Both the position numbers and the translations under genes were made by a program. A stretch of 64,000 nucleotides of DNA from Escherichia coli (GTDB lineage Bacteria > Pseudomonadota > Gammaproteobacteria > Enterobacterales > Enterobacteriaceae): the NCBI RefSeq assembly GCF_002854065.1, contig NZ_CP024147.1. The stretch is one strand, 5' to 3'. The notes under the pieces are model-generated. The model was not told the origin of the DNA, ran no database searches, and was given only the letters and a program-made list of their open reading frames with translations. Positions 24,209 to 34,338 of the stretch are shown one piece after another (position 1 is the stretch's first letter; the number at the start of each line of letters is the position of its first letter).

Positions 24209-24850
24209 ATGCCCCCTCGCGCCCTGTTACTGGTCGATTTACAAAATGATTTCTGTGCTGGTGGCGCGCTCGCCGTGCCGGAAGGTGACAGTACGGTGGA
24301 TGTCGCTAACCGCCTGATTGACTGGTGCCAGTCGCGCGGTGAAGCGGTTATCGCCAGTCAGGACTGGCACCCGGCGAATCACGGCAGTTTTGCCAGCCAG
24401 CACGGTGTAGAGCCTTATACGCCAGGCCAACTCGACGGTTTGCCACAAACCTTCTGGCCAGATCACTGTGTGCAGAACAGTGAAGGCGCACAATTACATC
24501 CGTTACTGAACCAAAAAGCGATCGCAGCGGTGTTCCATAAAGGCGAAAATCCTTTAGTTGACAGTTACAGTGCCTTTTTTGATAACGGCCGTCGGCAGAA
24601 AACCTTTCTCGATGACTGGTTACGCGATCATGAAATCGATGAATTGATCGTTATGGGCCTGGCTACTGACTATTGCGTGAAGTTTACCGTGCTGGACGCG
24701 TTACAGTTAGGTTATAAGGTAAACGTGATTACCGATGGTTGTCGTGGCGTGAATATCCAGCCCCAGGACAGTGCGCACGCGTTTATGGAGATGTCAGCAG
24801 CTGGGGCAACGCTATATACGCTGGCAGACTGGGAAGAGACGCAGGGGTAA
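24209..24850 (+). CDS. pncA: nicotinamidase/pyrazinamidase (213 aa)
   Basis: ORF 24191..24850; start at MPPRALLLVDLQNDF; isochorismatase-family fold; 10 nt after ansA stop. Confidence 0.9.
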   Translation: MPPRALLLVDLQNDFCAGGALAVPEGDSTVDVANRLIDWCQSRGEAVIASQDWHPANHGSFASQHGVEPYTPGQLDGLPQTFWPDHCVQNSEGAQLHPLLNQKAIAAVFHKGENPLVDSYSAFFDNGRRQKTFLDDWLRDHEIDELIVMGLATDYCVKFTVLDALQLGYKVNVITDGCRGVNIQPQDSAHAFMEMSAAGATLYTLADWEETQG

Positions 24851-24859
24851 TTTTACGCT

Positions 24860-24890
24860 GGCCTACAATTCTGTACTGGCATTGTAGGCC
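24860..24890. terminator. hairpin between convergent pncA and ydjE (bidirectional terminator candidate)
   Basis: Perfect inverted repeat GGCCTACAAT...ATTGTAGGCC. Confidence 0.35.
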
Positions 24891-24942
24891 AAATAAAACA
24901 CGTCAGTGGCACATCTGGCAATTGATGCCATCAACGAAAGAT

Positions 24943-26301
24943 TTAATTCACCTCAGAAATCTCTTCCAACGACACCTTCCGCGTTTCGATGCCAAAAATG
25001 GAGAGAACCAGCGCACAGAGCAATAACATGACACCAAGTACCATAAACACCGTGATCGACCCATAATGTGTTAATAATGCCGCAACGCCATAGGGCGTGA
25101 AGACTGCGACGATCCGTCCGACGGCATTAACGAAACCCGAACCGCGCAGGCGTAAATGCGTTGGCCAAAGCTCCGGGATATAAACCGCCGACGCGAAGCA
25201 AACATACATGTATAAAAAGAAGATCATCACCAGGCCATAGATTAAAATCGCCCACTCTGTAGTCTGAATTGAATAGATATAGCCTAACACGGCAATAATA
25301 ATAAGTAAGGTGGAGCCAAATAACCGACGAGGAAAATGATCAATAATTAATGCCGCAATAAATATTCCTACCGGAGCGCCAATCATAATAACAGCGGTCA
25401 TTAATATTGATTTATCGACATCAATGCCGGAGTTAACAAATATGGTCGGTATCCATACGGTGATGGTATAAAGCGAAATGTTCATTGCAATTAAAACAGT
25501 AATCGCGACTAATGTACGTCGTAACATTTCACCTTTAAACAGGAGCCAGAAAGTACCCTTGATTACTTTAACCTTGCTGTTGCTCTGATACGAAGTAAGC
25601 GGGGGTAAACGAATACTCTTCTCTCTTTCAATTTGCTGCTCTACTTCACGAAGTTGGCTTTCTGCACCTGCGATTTGCCCTTTCCCTGCCAGCCATCGTG
25701 GCGACTCAATAAAGTATTTACCTGAAAGAAACCAGGCTAACAGTATGCCAATACCACCCAGCAGAAACATTATCCGCCAACTAAAAAAAGCGATAACCAC
25801 CACACCTATCGCCGCAGACAGCATGGGCGACCAGTTACCAACAAATGAGAGCCGCGCGGACCATTTTCCACGCACCGTCGCGGGGATAAACTCCGTAAAT
25901 GAGGCATAGCCAACCATAATCAGCGCCCCCATTCCTGTTCCCATCAGGAAGCGAAAGAAGATGAGCCAGTACATATCAGGGACAAAAGCGGCCCCTGTTG
26001 CAGCAATACCGACGATGAGAAGATTTATGCGAAACGCCCTGCGCCGCCCAAAGTAATCACCGATGAACCCACCGGTAAGAGAGCCGATGAAATAACCAAA
26101 CATTAATGCCGAGGTAAAGGCGGCATTGAGGAAATTATTTGACCATCCATTGCTTACCAGCTTTGCTAAGACGACATTACCGGAGTAACTCAAAAACCCT
26201 GTTAATAACAGACTAAAGCTTATAATACCAAATATACGATAATGAAACCGGGCCAAAGGCAAGCGGTCCAGTCTTGCGCCAATTTGATCATATTGTTCCA
26301 T
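24943..26301 (-). CDS. ydjE: MFS transporter (452 aa)
   Basis: ORF 24943..26406; start at MEQYDQIGARLDRLPLARFHYRIF; 12 predicted TM-like hydrophobic stretches. Confidence 0.8.
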   Translation of the reverse strand: MEQYDQIGARLDRLPLARFHYRIFGIISFSLLLTGFLSYSGNVVLAKLVSNGWSNNFLNAAFTSALMFGYFIGSLTGGFIGDYFGRRRAFRINLLIVGIAATGAAFVPDMYWLIFFRFLMGTGMGALIMVGYASFTEFIPATVRGKWSARLSFVGNWSPMLSAAIGVVVIAFFSWRIMFLLGGIGILLAWFLSGKYFIESPRWLAGKGQIAGAESQLREVEQQIEREKSIRLPPLTSYQSNSKVKVIKGTFWLLFKGEMLRRTLVAITVLIAMNISLYTITVWIPTIFVNSGIDVDKSILMTAVIMIGAPVGIFIAALIIDHFPRRLFGSTLLIIIAVLGYIYSIQTTEWAILIYGLVMIFFLYMYVCFASAVYIPELWPTHLRLRGSGFVNAVGRIVAVFTPYGVAALLTHYGSITVFMVLGVMLLLCALVLSIFGIETRKVSLEEISEVN

Positions 26302-26418
26302 TGGGTGCCTCGGATTTGCTAAAAAAGGTAGCAATTGCGGCAAATTCACTTGCCGCATCTTTATCATCATTTTATTTCCAGGCGCAGGAACAAATAATAT
26401 TGACAACGTGTGCTTAAA

Positions 26419-27177
26419 TTACCACACCAGCTGGATATTATTGTCTTTGCAAAATGCTATCCACTCTGCACCCGGTGATTTATCAGTTATTATGTAATTA
26501 ATATGACTAAAGTCAGCTAACTGGACAAAAGCTTTGCGATCAAACTTAGAGTGATCAACCAATAACGCAACTTCTGTCGCCTGACGGATCATTGTCTTTT
26601 TGATTTCAGCTTCCGCTTCATTAGAGTCCAGCGCGCCGCTGTTAATATCAAGACCTTTACAACTCATTACCATGATATCGACATGGTAGCGGCTGATGAT
26701 CTCTTTAGTAATTCTTCCTTGCAGTGAAAGTGTATTTTTGTTTAGTTCCCCACCCGTTGAAACGACTTTAATTTCTGACTGAGCCAGAACATGAATCGCT
26801 TCCGCCGAGTTGGTTAGCAACGTCAGGTCACTACGGTCCTGTAACAATTTGAGCAATTCCATTACGGTACTACTGGAATCGGCTGCCATGGTGGTTTTAT
26901 TGTCGATAAAGGGTAGTGCCTTGCGTGCAATAAGCTGCTTCTCTTCATAAAACGATGAAGCGCGCTTATAAAAATGGATATTCTCCGTCAACATCGCTGT
27001 ATTTAAAACAGCACCACCATAGGTTCTGGTCAAAAAGCCTTCATCTTCCAGCTTCTCAAGATCGCGGCGAATGGTTTCTTCGGTTACCTGAAAAATCCCA
27101 CTCAAATTTGAGACTGTCACCTTTTTATCGTTGGCAACCATTTGCTTAATTGCCTGAATCCTGTCTTTTGCCGCCAC
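26419..27177 (-). CDS. ydjF: DeoR-family transcriptional regulator (252 aa)
   Basis: N-terminal HTH (VSNLSGIFQVTEETIRRDLEKLE) plus C-terminal sugar-phosphate-binding domain. Confidence 0.85.
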   Translation of the reverse strand: MAAKDRIQAIKQMVANDKKVTVSNLSGIFQVTEETIRRDLEKLEDEGFLTRTYGGAVLNTAMLTENIHFYKRASSFYEEKQLIARKALPFIDNKTTMAADSSSTVMELLKLLQDRSDLTLLTNSAEAIHVLAQSEIKVVSTGGELNKNTLSLQGRITKEIISRYHVDIMVMSCKGLDINSGALDSNEAEAEIKKTMIRQATEVALLVDHSKFDRKAFVQLADFSHINYIITDKSPGAEWIAFCKDNNIQLVW

Positions 27178-27313
27178 GATTACACCCCTGTATCTTTTTA
27201 CATCACATTAGCGCGATTATCGCATAACCGATGTTTACTTTCAAAATAACCTGTTTGAATCACAGATTTTCATCACAGTTTTCACAGAAACAGAGGTGAA
27301 TCGTGTTGAGTAT

Positions 27314-28294
27314 TTAACGCTCCAGGGCCTCTGCCATTTCCCTCATCAATGTTGCGTCTGCATCCGATAAGTTGATATTCAGTGCTGCGACATTTTCGCG
27401 TACCTGTTCCGGTGCAGTAGCCCCACTAAGAATGGAGATTAAATCACTCTGTTTTAATATCCACGCCAGTGCCAGAGTGGGAATTGTGCACTGATAACGA
27501 GCACAAAGTGGCTGCCACTGTTCAAGCATATCAATCACTTTCAGCATGTTTTCACGCTGGAACCAGACTTTATTTGCCCGAGCGCCGCCCGGAACGTAAT
27601 CACGAGTGATGGTGCCGGTCAACAATCCCTGCTCTAGCGGGGAATAAACCTGAACCACAATGCCATTATCACGACATAGCGGCAGCAGTTCGTTTTCCAT
27701 TGCCCGGTCGAGGATACTGTATTTCGCCTGAATAATATCCAGTTCACCATATTGCAGATACTCGCGGATATGGTCAGCATCGACGTTAGCAGCGCCTATA
27801 GCGCGAATTTTCCCTTCAGCCTTTAACTCATTAAGCACTGCGACAGTTTCAGCGATCGGCGTATAAAATGGCGGCACCGACTGCCAGTGCGTCATGTAGA
27901 TATCGATGTAATCAATACCCAGACGTTGCAAGCTGGCTTCTACCTCTTCGCGGATAGATTCCGGGGAAAGGTTTTTATACAACTGCCGATCGCCAACTTT
28001 GTTGAATAAACTTCCTTTTCGTTCCCAGACAATGCCGCATTTGGTTTCTACTACAACCTGTTCACGGGGCAGTTTTTTTAACGCCTGACCGACGATAACT
28101 TCACTATTGCCAAAGTTATATCCTGGTGCAGTATCAATCAGGTTAATGCCGCAACGATGGGCTTCAAGAATCGTATCAATACATATTTGCCGATCGAGAT
28201 CGCCATTCCATGCAGGACCGCCGCCAATGGCCCATGTCCCCAACCCCATTCGCGAAAGCGTAATATCCGTTGTGCCTAAAGGTATCTTTTTCAT
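27314..28294 (-). CDS. ydjG: aldo-keto reductase (326 aa)
   Basis: ORF track 27314..28294; AKR family pattern. Confidence 0.85.
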   Translation of the reverse strand: MKKIPLGTTDITLSRMGLGTWAIGGGPAWNGDLDRQICIDTILEAHRCGINLIDTAPGYNFGNSEVIVGQALKKLPREQVVVETKCGIVWERKGSLFNKVGDRQLYKNLSPESIREEVEASLQRLGIDYIDIYMTHWQSVPPFYTPIAETVAVLNELKAEGKIRAIGAANVDADHIREYLQYGELDIIQAKYSILDRAMENELLPLCRDNGIVVQVYSPLEQGLLTGTITRDYVPGGARANKVWFQRENMLKVIDMLEQWQPLCARYQCTIPTLALAWILKQSDLISILSGATAPEQVRENVAALNINLSDADATLMREMAEALER

Positions 28295-28303
28295 TTGCCT
28301 TCA

Positions 28304-29251
28304 TTATCCTTCGTATTCTTCCAGCAATTGTTCGACCAGCTTTCTGTTTTTTACGCCGGTGGTGGCACCGACGCTTAGAACCGAGATAGCCGCCGTTGCA
28401 TTGGCAAAGCGTGCGCATTCACGCAGATTTTTGCCTTCTAACAGTGCCGCAATAAAACCTGAAGCAAAGTTATCGCCCGCGCCAATGGTGTCGATGGCGG
28501 TTATTCCTGCGACCGCCGGCACCTTCATCGTCATGTCACCACGCTTGATAAAGCAGCCGTCTTTACCCGTTTTAATCACCACCGTTTTTACGCCGCACGC
28601 AAGAAAGCAGTCAGCAATTTCATCCAGTGTCTCTTTCCCGGTGAGTAATTTTGCCTCGGCATAATTAGGAAACAGATAATCGACATAACTCAATGCTTCG
28701 CAAATATCATCCAGCGTTTCATTCAACCGCGGTTTGATCATATCGGCACAGATAATCATCTGCCGGGCTTTAGCTTGCGTAAAAATTTCTGTTAGCGCTT
28801 TACCATCCAATAGTGGACTGTTGAAAATACTGGCCAGTGATAATAATTTCGCCTGGGAAAACCGCGCAAAATCAACATCGTCAATATTCAATTTCCACAG
28901 ACTGCCGTTACGGTTTGTGACAAACGTCCGCTCGCCATCCTCCGTCACCAGTCCAACATTAATAGAGGTATCTATGTTGACGTCCTGCTTCAGGCTTTGA
29001 ATATCAATATTCTCTTTGCGGCAATGGTCGAGAATAAACTGCCCTGCGGCATCTTTACCAATACGGCTCATTAATGCTGTACGATGGCCCAGACGAGAAA
29101 TAATTGTTGCTTCATTTATTGCATCACCCCCGGTGGTCATTGCGATTCTTTCAAGAGGATAAGAATCCACATCAAAGATATTTTTACTGACCGGTTGCAA
29201 TGGAATATCAACAATAGCGGCACCTATACAAATAACGTCGAGATTATCCAT
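28304..29251 (-). CDS. ydjH: PfkB-family sugar kinase (315 aa)
   Basis: ORF 28304..29272; start at MDNLDVICIGAAIVD; GAGD motif (DTIGAGDNFASGF). Confidence 0.8.
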   Translation of the reverse strand: MDNLDVICIGAAIVDIPLQPVSKNIFDVDSYPLERIAMTTGGDAINEATIISRLGHRTALMSRIGKDAAGQFILDHCRKENIDIQSLKQDVNIDTSINVGLVTEDGERTFVTNRNGSLWKLNIDDVDFARFSQAKLLSLASIFNSPLLDGKALTEIFTQAKARQMIICADMIKPRLNETLDDICEALSYVDYLFPNYAEAKLLTGKETLDEIADCFLACGVKTVVIKTGKDGCFIKRGDMTMKVPAVAGITAIDTIGAGDNFASGFIAALLEGKNLRECARFANATAAISVLSVGATTGVKNRKLVEQLLEEYEG

Positions 29252-29255
29252 ATCA

Positions 29256-30092
29256 TTATTCCGCTTTGCCATCAGAACCGAACAGTTTAATTTTTTCCAA
29301 TGCCCGTTCTTTTACAGCTTTACGTACTTCACGTTCTAAATGCAGGAAAGGCTGATCCTGGTTTTCTTTCACTGCGACCATTGCGGCCTGACAGAGCTCC
29401 GTATGGATGTTGATTTTCGCGATACCTAACGAAATTGCAGTTTTAATGTCGGCATCACTGATCCCCGATGCGCCATGCAAAACCAGCGGAACAGACACGG
29501 CATCGCGTACGCGTTTGACGACCTCAAAGTTCAATTGTGGCTCTGACGTATAAACCCCATGCTGGTTGCCGATGGCGACAGCCAATGAGTCACAGCCCGT
29601 ACGTTCAACAAATTCAGCCGCCTGGTCAGGATCGGTATAGTGATAGCCCGCCAGAGCTTCCTCATAAACGGTTTCATTACCGACATGCCCTAATTCCGCC
29701 TCTACCGGAATACCCAGCGGATGGAAGAAATCAACAGCCTCTTTGGTTAAACGAATATTTTCTTCGAAATCAAATGCGGAAGCATCACGCATTAATGAAT
29801 TCATACCATGAGTCCAGGCGTTATGAATAATCTCCATACTCCGACCATGATCCCAATGAGTTATTACCGGCACCGTTGCTTTTTGTGCCATTGATACCAT
29901 CATGTGAGAGAAATCTTCAAATGAGGTGTTGCCGACAAAACCTGTGCCAAAAGAAATAATAACCGGTGATTTCGCTTCTTCGGCTGCGTCGATAACGCCC
30001 ATCAACATTTCTGCATTCCATACATTAAAATGGGCAATAGCATAACGTTTATTTGTGGCATCGTTTTCCCAATATCTGATATCTGCGAGCAT
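29256..30092 (-). CDS. ydjI: class II (metal-dependent) aldolase (278 aa)
   Basis: ORF track; fructose/tagatose-bisphosphate aldolase class II pattern. Confidence 0.85.
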   Translation of the reverse strand: MLADIRYWENDATNKRYAIAHFNVWNAEMLMGVIDAAEEAKSPVIISFGTGFVGNTSFEDFSHMMVSMAQKATVPVITHWDHGRSMEIIHNAWTHGMNSLMRDASAFDFEENIRLTKEAVDFFHPLGIPVEAELGHVGNETVYEEALAGYHYTDPDQAAEFVERTGCDSLAVAIGNQHGVYTSEPQLNFEVVKRVRDAVSVPLVLHGASGISDADIKTAISLGIAKINIHTELCQAAMVAVKENQDQPFLHLEREVRKAVKERALEKIKLFGSDGKAE

Positions 30093-30112
30093 GTTCTGTT
30101 CTCCCGTATTAA

Positions 30113-31156
30113 TTAATCGCTAATCTTAATAACGCCTTTAATAATGTCGCGTTTGTTGTTAACTGACTCTTCAAATGCCTGTTGTACATCCCGATAATCG
30201 TAAATATGCGTCACCATCGATTTCACATCGAATCGCCCTGAAGAAATAGCTTCAATCGTGACCGGATAACGATTGGCATAGCGGAATACCGTCTGGATAG
30301 TGACTTCACGATTTATTTTGAGGAAATTGATTGCCGAATCGCCGGGTACAGTACCAACAATCATAATTTTACCGCCGCGCATTACCAGATAAGGTGCCTG
30401 TTTAACGGTGACCGCAGAACCCGCTGTTTCGAAAACAACATCTGCGCCCATGTCTTCGGTAAATTGCTGACAGCGTGCAATAGTGTCTTCTTTTGCGCCG
30501 TTAATAACCACTGTCGCACCAAGCTGTTCCGCCATTGCCAGACGTTTTTCCAGCACATCAACGACGGCAATTTCCGTTGCTCCCAGGCATTTGCACGCTT
30601 GCAACGTCATCAAACCAATACAACCTGATCCCAGAATAATTATCTTCTTACCCGGTTTAACATCTGCCAGCATCGCGGCATGCATCCCGACTGCGGCAGG
30701 CTCCACCAGCGCCCCTTCCATCGTGTCCATATTGTCGGGCAGTTTGTAAGTAAAGCTCTCCGGATGACACAGATAGTGCGTTAATGCGCCGCGGTAGTTG
30801 GGTTGTGTCGCCATAAAATCAACGTCCGGGCAGATGTTATATTTGCCTTCCAGACAGTAACGACAGTGACCGCAAGGAACGCCAGGTTCGATATTTACCC
30901 GATCCCCCGTTTTAAATTTGCGCACGCGGCTTCCCACAGCCACAACCGTCCCGGCGCATTCATGACCCAGGCCAATTTCTTGATTTGGGTCTTTAGGCGG
31001 AATAAACGGACCTGATTCAAAACCATGTACATCTGAACCACAAATACCGACATATTCTACTTTAATCAAAACTTCATCTTCTTTAGGCACTGGTATTTCT
31101 GCTGAAATAATTTTCATTGTGCCCGGCACCTGCAATATTGCTTTTGAATTTTTCAT
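30113..31156 (-). CDS. ydjJ: Zn-dependent alcohol/polyol dehydrogenase (347 aa)
   Basis: GHECAG catalytic Zn motif, structural Zn Cys cluster (CGHCRYC), GxGxxG NAD site. Confidence 0.85.
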   Translation of the reverse strand: MKNSKAILQVPGTMKIISAEIPVPKEDEVLIKVEYVGICGSDVHGFESGPFIPPKDPNQEIGLGHECAGTVVAVGSRVRKFKTGDRVNIEPGVPCGHCRYCLEGKYNICPDVDFMATQPNYRGALTHYLCHPESFTYKLPDNMDTMEGALVEPAAVGMHAAMLADVKPGKKIIILGSGCIGLMTLQACKCLGATEIAVVDVLEKRLAMAEQLGATVVINGAKEDTIARCQQFTEDMGADVVFETAGSAVTVKQAPYLVMRGGKIMIVGTVPGDSAINFLKINREVTIQTVFRYANRYPVTIEAISSGRFDVKSMVTHIYDYRDVQQAFEESVNNKRDIIKGVIKISD

Positions 31157-31172
31157 TTTGAATCCACCCGTA

Positions 31173-32552
31173 TTATTTATTGGCTACTGCATCAATACTT
31201 AAACTTTCAACGGAGACACCTTTGGTTTCGATTCCAATGGTGGCGATAGCAATTGCGACAATAATTGAAACCGCCCCCAGAAGAATAAAGACTCCCGTAA
31301 CGCCATAACTACTGAGCAGCACTGCAACGGCATAAGGTGCGGCAATACCACTGATTCGCCCTACCGCATTCGCCAGACCGGAGCCACGGAGTTTGGCCTC
31401 TGTCGGCCAGATCTCAGGGACATACACTGCCGAGGCATAGCAAACGTACATATAGACGAAAGTAATCAGGAAGAAACCAATCAACGTTATGAGCAACATG
31501 CTGGTTTGCAGTGAATAGATATATCCGAGCACCGCAATCAGGATTAATAGCCCCACACCCATTGTTTTACGCGGAATTTTATCCATCACCAGCATGGCAA
31601 TAAAAATGCCAAATGGCGCGCCAAACATACTCATGGTATTTAAAACAATCGAGTCTTTTAAATTAATCCCCTGGGTCATGAATATCGTTGGCAACCAGTT
31701 AATTAGTGTGTACTGCACAACGTTCATGGCAATCAGCACACAAGAGCCTAATATCACGCGTTTCAGTAATACTCCTGTCAGTAAGGCTGAATATGGCACC
31801 GCTTGTGGTGCTTTACCGTCATCAGCAATAACCACGGGCGGCAAAGGTTTACCTGTATGGCGTATGACGCCTTCTTCTATACTCCGCATGACTTTCTCGG
31901 CTTCCTGATACCGTCCGCGCGATTCCAGCCAGCGCGGGGATTCAGGAAAGTAGCGCCAGGCCAGCGCCGTAGCGATAAGCGACAATATTGCAGGGATAAG
32001 CAGTTGTACCCGCCAGTTCCACTCTGCACTAATCAGCGGCGTGAGTCCCATCGCTATCAATGAACAGAGCGGATATGACCAGTTGCCAATAAAGGAAACC
32101 CGACTTGACCACGTTCCACGATTTCTACCGGGCATATATTCGGTGAAACCAGCAAACAGCGTAACCAGTAAAGCTCCCAGCCCAACTCCCATCACAAAAC
32201 GGCAGGCAATAAGGAAATCCATATTCGGTGAGAAAGCACCGACAACCATCGAGGCAATATGAATGGCCTCATAGAGGATGAACGCATTTCTGCGACCGGT
32301 TTTGTCGCCAATGATGCCGCCCACCAGCGCACCGAGAAACATTCCGGCGGTCGTGATTGCTGAGAATGTGGCTGTGGTGGAATTATCTGTCCAGCCCAAC
32401 GCTTTCAGCTGCGCGAGGATCAAGCCACCAACGGCATTACTCCAGCAGACAAGCAAGCCAAACGCGACGATGGCAAACATTGACGAATGCCAGCGGCAAT
32501 CCGGTAAGCGATCCAGCCGTGCACCACAATGCGGTTTTGTTATCTGTTCCAT
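31173..32552 (-). CDS. ydjK: MFS sugar transporter (459 aa)
   Basis: ORF track; 12-helix MFS pattern. Confidence 0.85.
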   Translation of the reverse strand: MEQITKPHCGARLDRLPDCRWHSSMFAIVAFGLLVCWSNAVGGLILAQLKALGWTDNSTTATFSAITTAGMFLGALVGGIIGDKTGRRNAFILYEAIHIASMVVGAFSPNMDFLIACRFVMGVGLGALLVTLFAGFTEYMPGRNRGTWSSRVSFIGNWSYPLCSLIAMGLTPLISAEWNWRVQLLIPAILSLIATALAWRYFPESPRWLESRGRYQEAEKVMRSIEEGVIRHTGKPLPPVVIADDGKAPQAVPYSALLTGVLLKRVILGSCVLIAMNVVQYTLINWLPTIFMTQGINLKDSIVLNTMSMFGAPFGIFIAMLVMDKIPRKTMGVGLLILIAVLGYIYSLQTSMLLITLIGFFLITFVYMYVCYASAVYVPEIWPTEAKLRGSGLANAVGRISGIAAPYAVAVLLSSYGVTGVFILLGAVSIIVAIAIATIGIETKGVSVESLSIDAVANK

Positions 32553-32578
32553 GCGATAACGTTCCTTCAGGAAAGTTG

Positions 32579-33655
32579 TTATTCATCAAAGTCGTAAGTC
32601 ATGATCACTTTGATTGCGGTTTTATCGACCATCGCATCAAACCCTTCGCACCATTGCGACAGGCCGATACGATGCGTGATCATCGGTTTGACTTTGATAG
32701 CGCCGCTGGCTAATAGCCTGATAGCGTTACGCCATGAGGTGGAGTCATAGGCCATATGCCCAATGATGCTTTTGTTCCAGGCGGTAATGTCATTAATCGA
32801 GAAATCAAGAGGTTTGAAGCCCATTCCAACGCGTACCACTTCCCCGTTCGGGCGGAGCATTTCGATGGCTTGTTTCAGTGCGATATTGGCACCGGAGCAT
32901 TCAATCACCAGTCCCAGATTGTCTTTGCCACAAATTTGCTGGCAGCGCGCCACCACATCTTCGGTAGAACCATTTACTACTGCCGTCGCACCCAGTTCTT
33001 TTGCAACCGGGAAGCGGACCGCCACATCTTCTTGCAGACCAACGACGACGATATTTACCGCCCCCATAATTCGCGCCATTTGTACGGAGAACAGCCCGAG
33101 TGGGCCAGTGCCGATGACGACCACATCCTGACCAGGAAGGAATTTCGATTGCTGCGCGATGGATTTGTAGGCATTACAGATAGGGTCAAGTACGGCTGCG
33201 TCCTCATAATCAACACCATCAGGGATTTCCCACAACGCATGACGATGAATTTTGAGAATTTCACCAGGTACCAGACAATATTTGGAAAAACCACCGCCCC
33301 AGGTATTATTATCCAGACCAAGGTTTACTTTTTCTGTACAACACAGAAAATCACCTTGTTCACAGGCCGGACAAACGCCGCAAACGTGACCGCTGTTATC
33401 CGATACGACGCGTTGCCCCACTTTCCAGTCTTTGACTTTTTCACCAACCTGCGCAATACAACCTGCGAACTCATGGCCGCGGATAGAGTTAAACTCATCA
33501 GAATCGCTATCGACATTGTAGTGCTTCATGTCTGCGCCGCAGATTGCCGCGGCTTTAATTTCAATCACTACATCTTCCGGGCCACACATGGGTTGTGGGA
33601 CATCAATCATCTTGTAGCCGCCAAAGGCCTTGCCAAACCGAGCCAATGCTTTCAT
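32579..33655 (-). CDS. ydjL: Zn-dependent dehydrogenase (358 aa)
   Basis: GHEFAG Zn motif, CxxCxxC cluster; first gene of a minus-strand ydjLKJIHG array. Confidence 0.85.
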   Translation of the reverse strand: MKALARFGKAFGGYKMIDVPQPMCGPEDVVIEIKAAAICGADMKHYNVDSDSDEFNSIRGHEFAGCIAQVGEKVKDWKVGQRVVSDNSGHVCGVCPACEQGDFLCCTEKVNLGLDNNTWGGGFSKYCLVPGEILKIHRHALWEIPDGVDYEDAAVLDPICNAYKSIAQQSKFLPGQDVVVIGTGPLGLFSVQMARIMGAVNIVVVGLQEDVAVRFPVAKELGATAVVNGSTEDVVARCQQICGKDNLGLVIECSGANIALKQAIEMLRPNGEVVRVGMGFKPLDFSINDITAWNKSIIGHMAYDSTSWRNAIRLLASGAIKVKPMITHRIGLSQWCEGFDAMVDKTAIKVIMTYDFDE

Positions 33656-33730
33656 TGCGTCATCCTCTGTGTTTTGTTTTGCTTAGATGGCCATCATACT
33701 TACCCACATGATTTTTGAGGTCAACATTAA

Positions 33731-33747
33731 ATCTGTAAAACACAGAT
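33731..33747. promoter_or_regulatory. perfect palindrome upstream of ydjL (candidate operator)
   Basis: ATCTGT-aaaac-ACAGAT about 75 nt upstream of the ydjL ATG, adjacent to a TTGACC -35-like hexamer on the minus strand. Confidence 0.3.
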
Positions 33748-34024
33748 AATGATCTGCGTTTTACAACTTAGATCACAATTACGCAGAAAATGGCTCGGTC
33801 TGTTACAGGTTGATGGAAGGCGGGACGCAAAAAGAGCAAATTCGAGAGGGATTACCGGCCAAATAGGTCTGAGACTTAAGTTCAGGAGAAGTCATTCAGG
33901 CGTGAACGCGACTGCAAGAGATCGGACTGGGACTTAGCCAGGTCGGGGCGAGATAATTGAGACGAGTCGTGGGGTCATTGTTGGCTATCCCCTTCATAGC
34001 CGCGGCAAAAAGGGGATGAACCAC

Positions 34025-34297
34025 TTACTTAAACATGGCAATCGGCTTTGCTGAGATACCAAAATCTTCTTTTAACTGCTGTTTGCTCTTCATGACCATC
34101 TGACCATTTGTGTCAATTGTCATATGCTGCGCTTCGGTATTATTGCGGGCTTGCCACAGCATCACGAGTTGCAGGCAGTTCTCTTTTTGTTCCTCGGTCA
34201 ACGCAACGCCATCGGGCCATTTCCCCAGTTCAACGGCGGTCGACAAACGCTGGTATACCTCAGGCGTCATGCTGTTGATAATGTCATCAAGATTCAT
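34025..34297 (-). CDS. yeaC: DUF1315 family protein (90 aa)
   Basis: ORF 34025..34342; start at MNLDDIINSMTPEVYQRL. Confidence 0.8.
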   Translation of the reverse strand: MNLDDIINSMTPEVYQRLSTAVELGKWPDGVALTEEQKENCLQLVMLWQARNNTEAQHMTIDTNGQMVMKSKQQLKEDFGISAKPIAMFK

Positions 34298-34338
34298 AAT
34301 TTTTCCGCTCCTGTGGAATAAGCTGCTGAATCGTTTTT

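Noticed and set aside
32756-33718. 320-codon plus-strand ORF spanning ydjL
   Set aside because: Antisense to the ydjL dehydrogenase frame, which carries clear Zn-ADH motifs; the protein is low-complexity and Arg/His-rich, typical of a shadow ORF.
33749-33937. 62-codon ORF in the ydjL-yeaC intergenic region
   Set aside because: Arg-rich, no RBS, lies in a promoter/terminator region; more likely noncoding.
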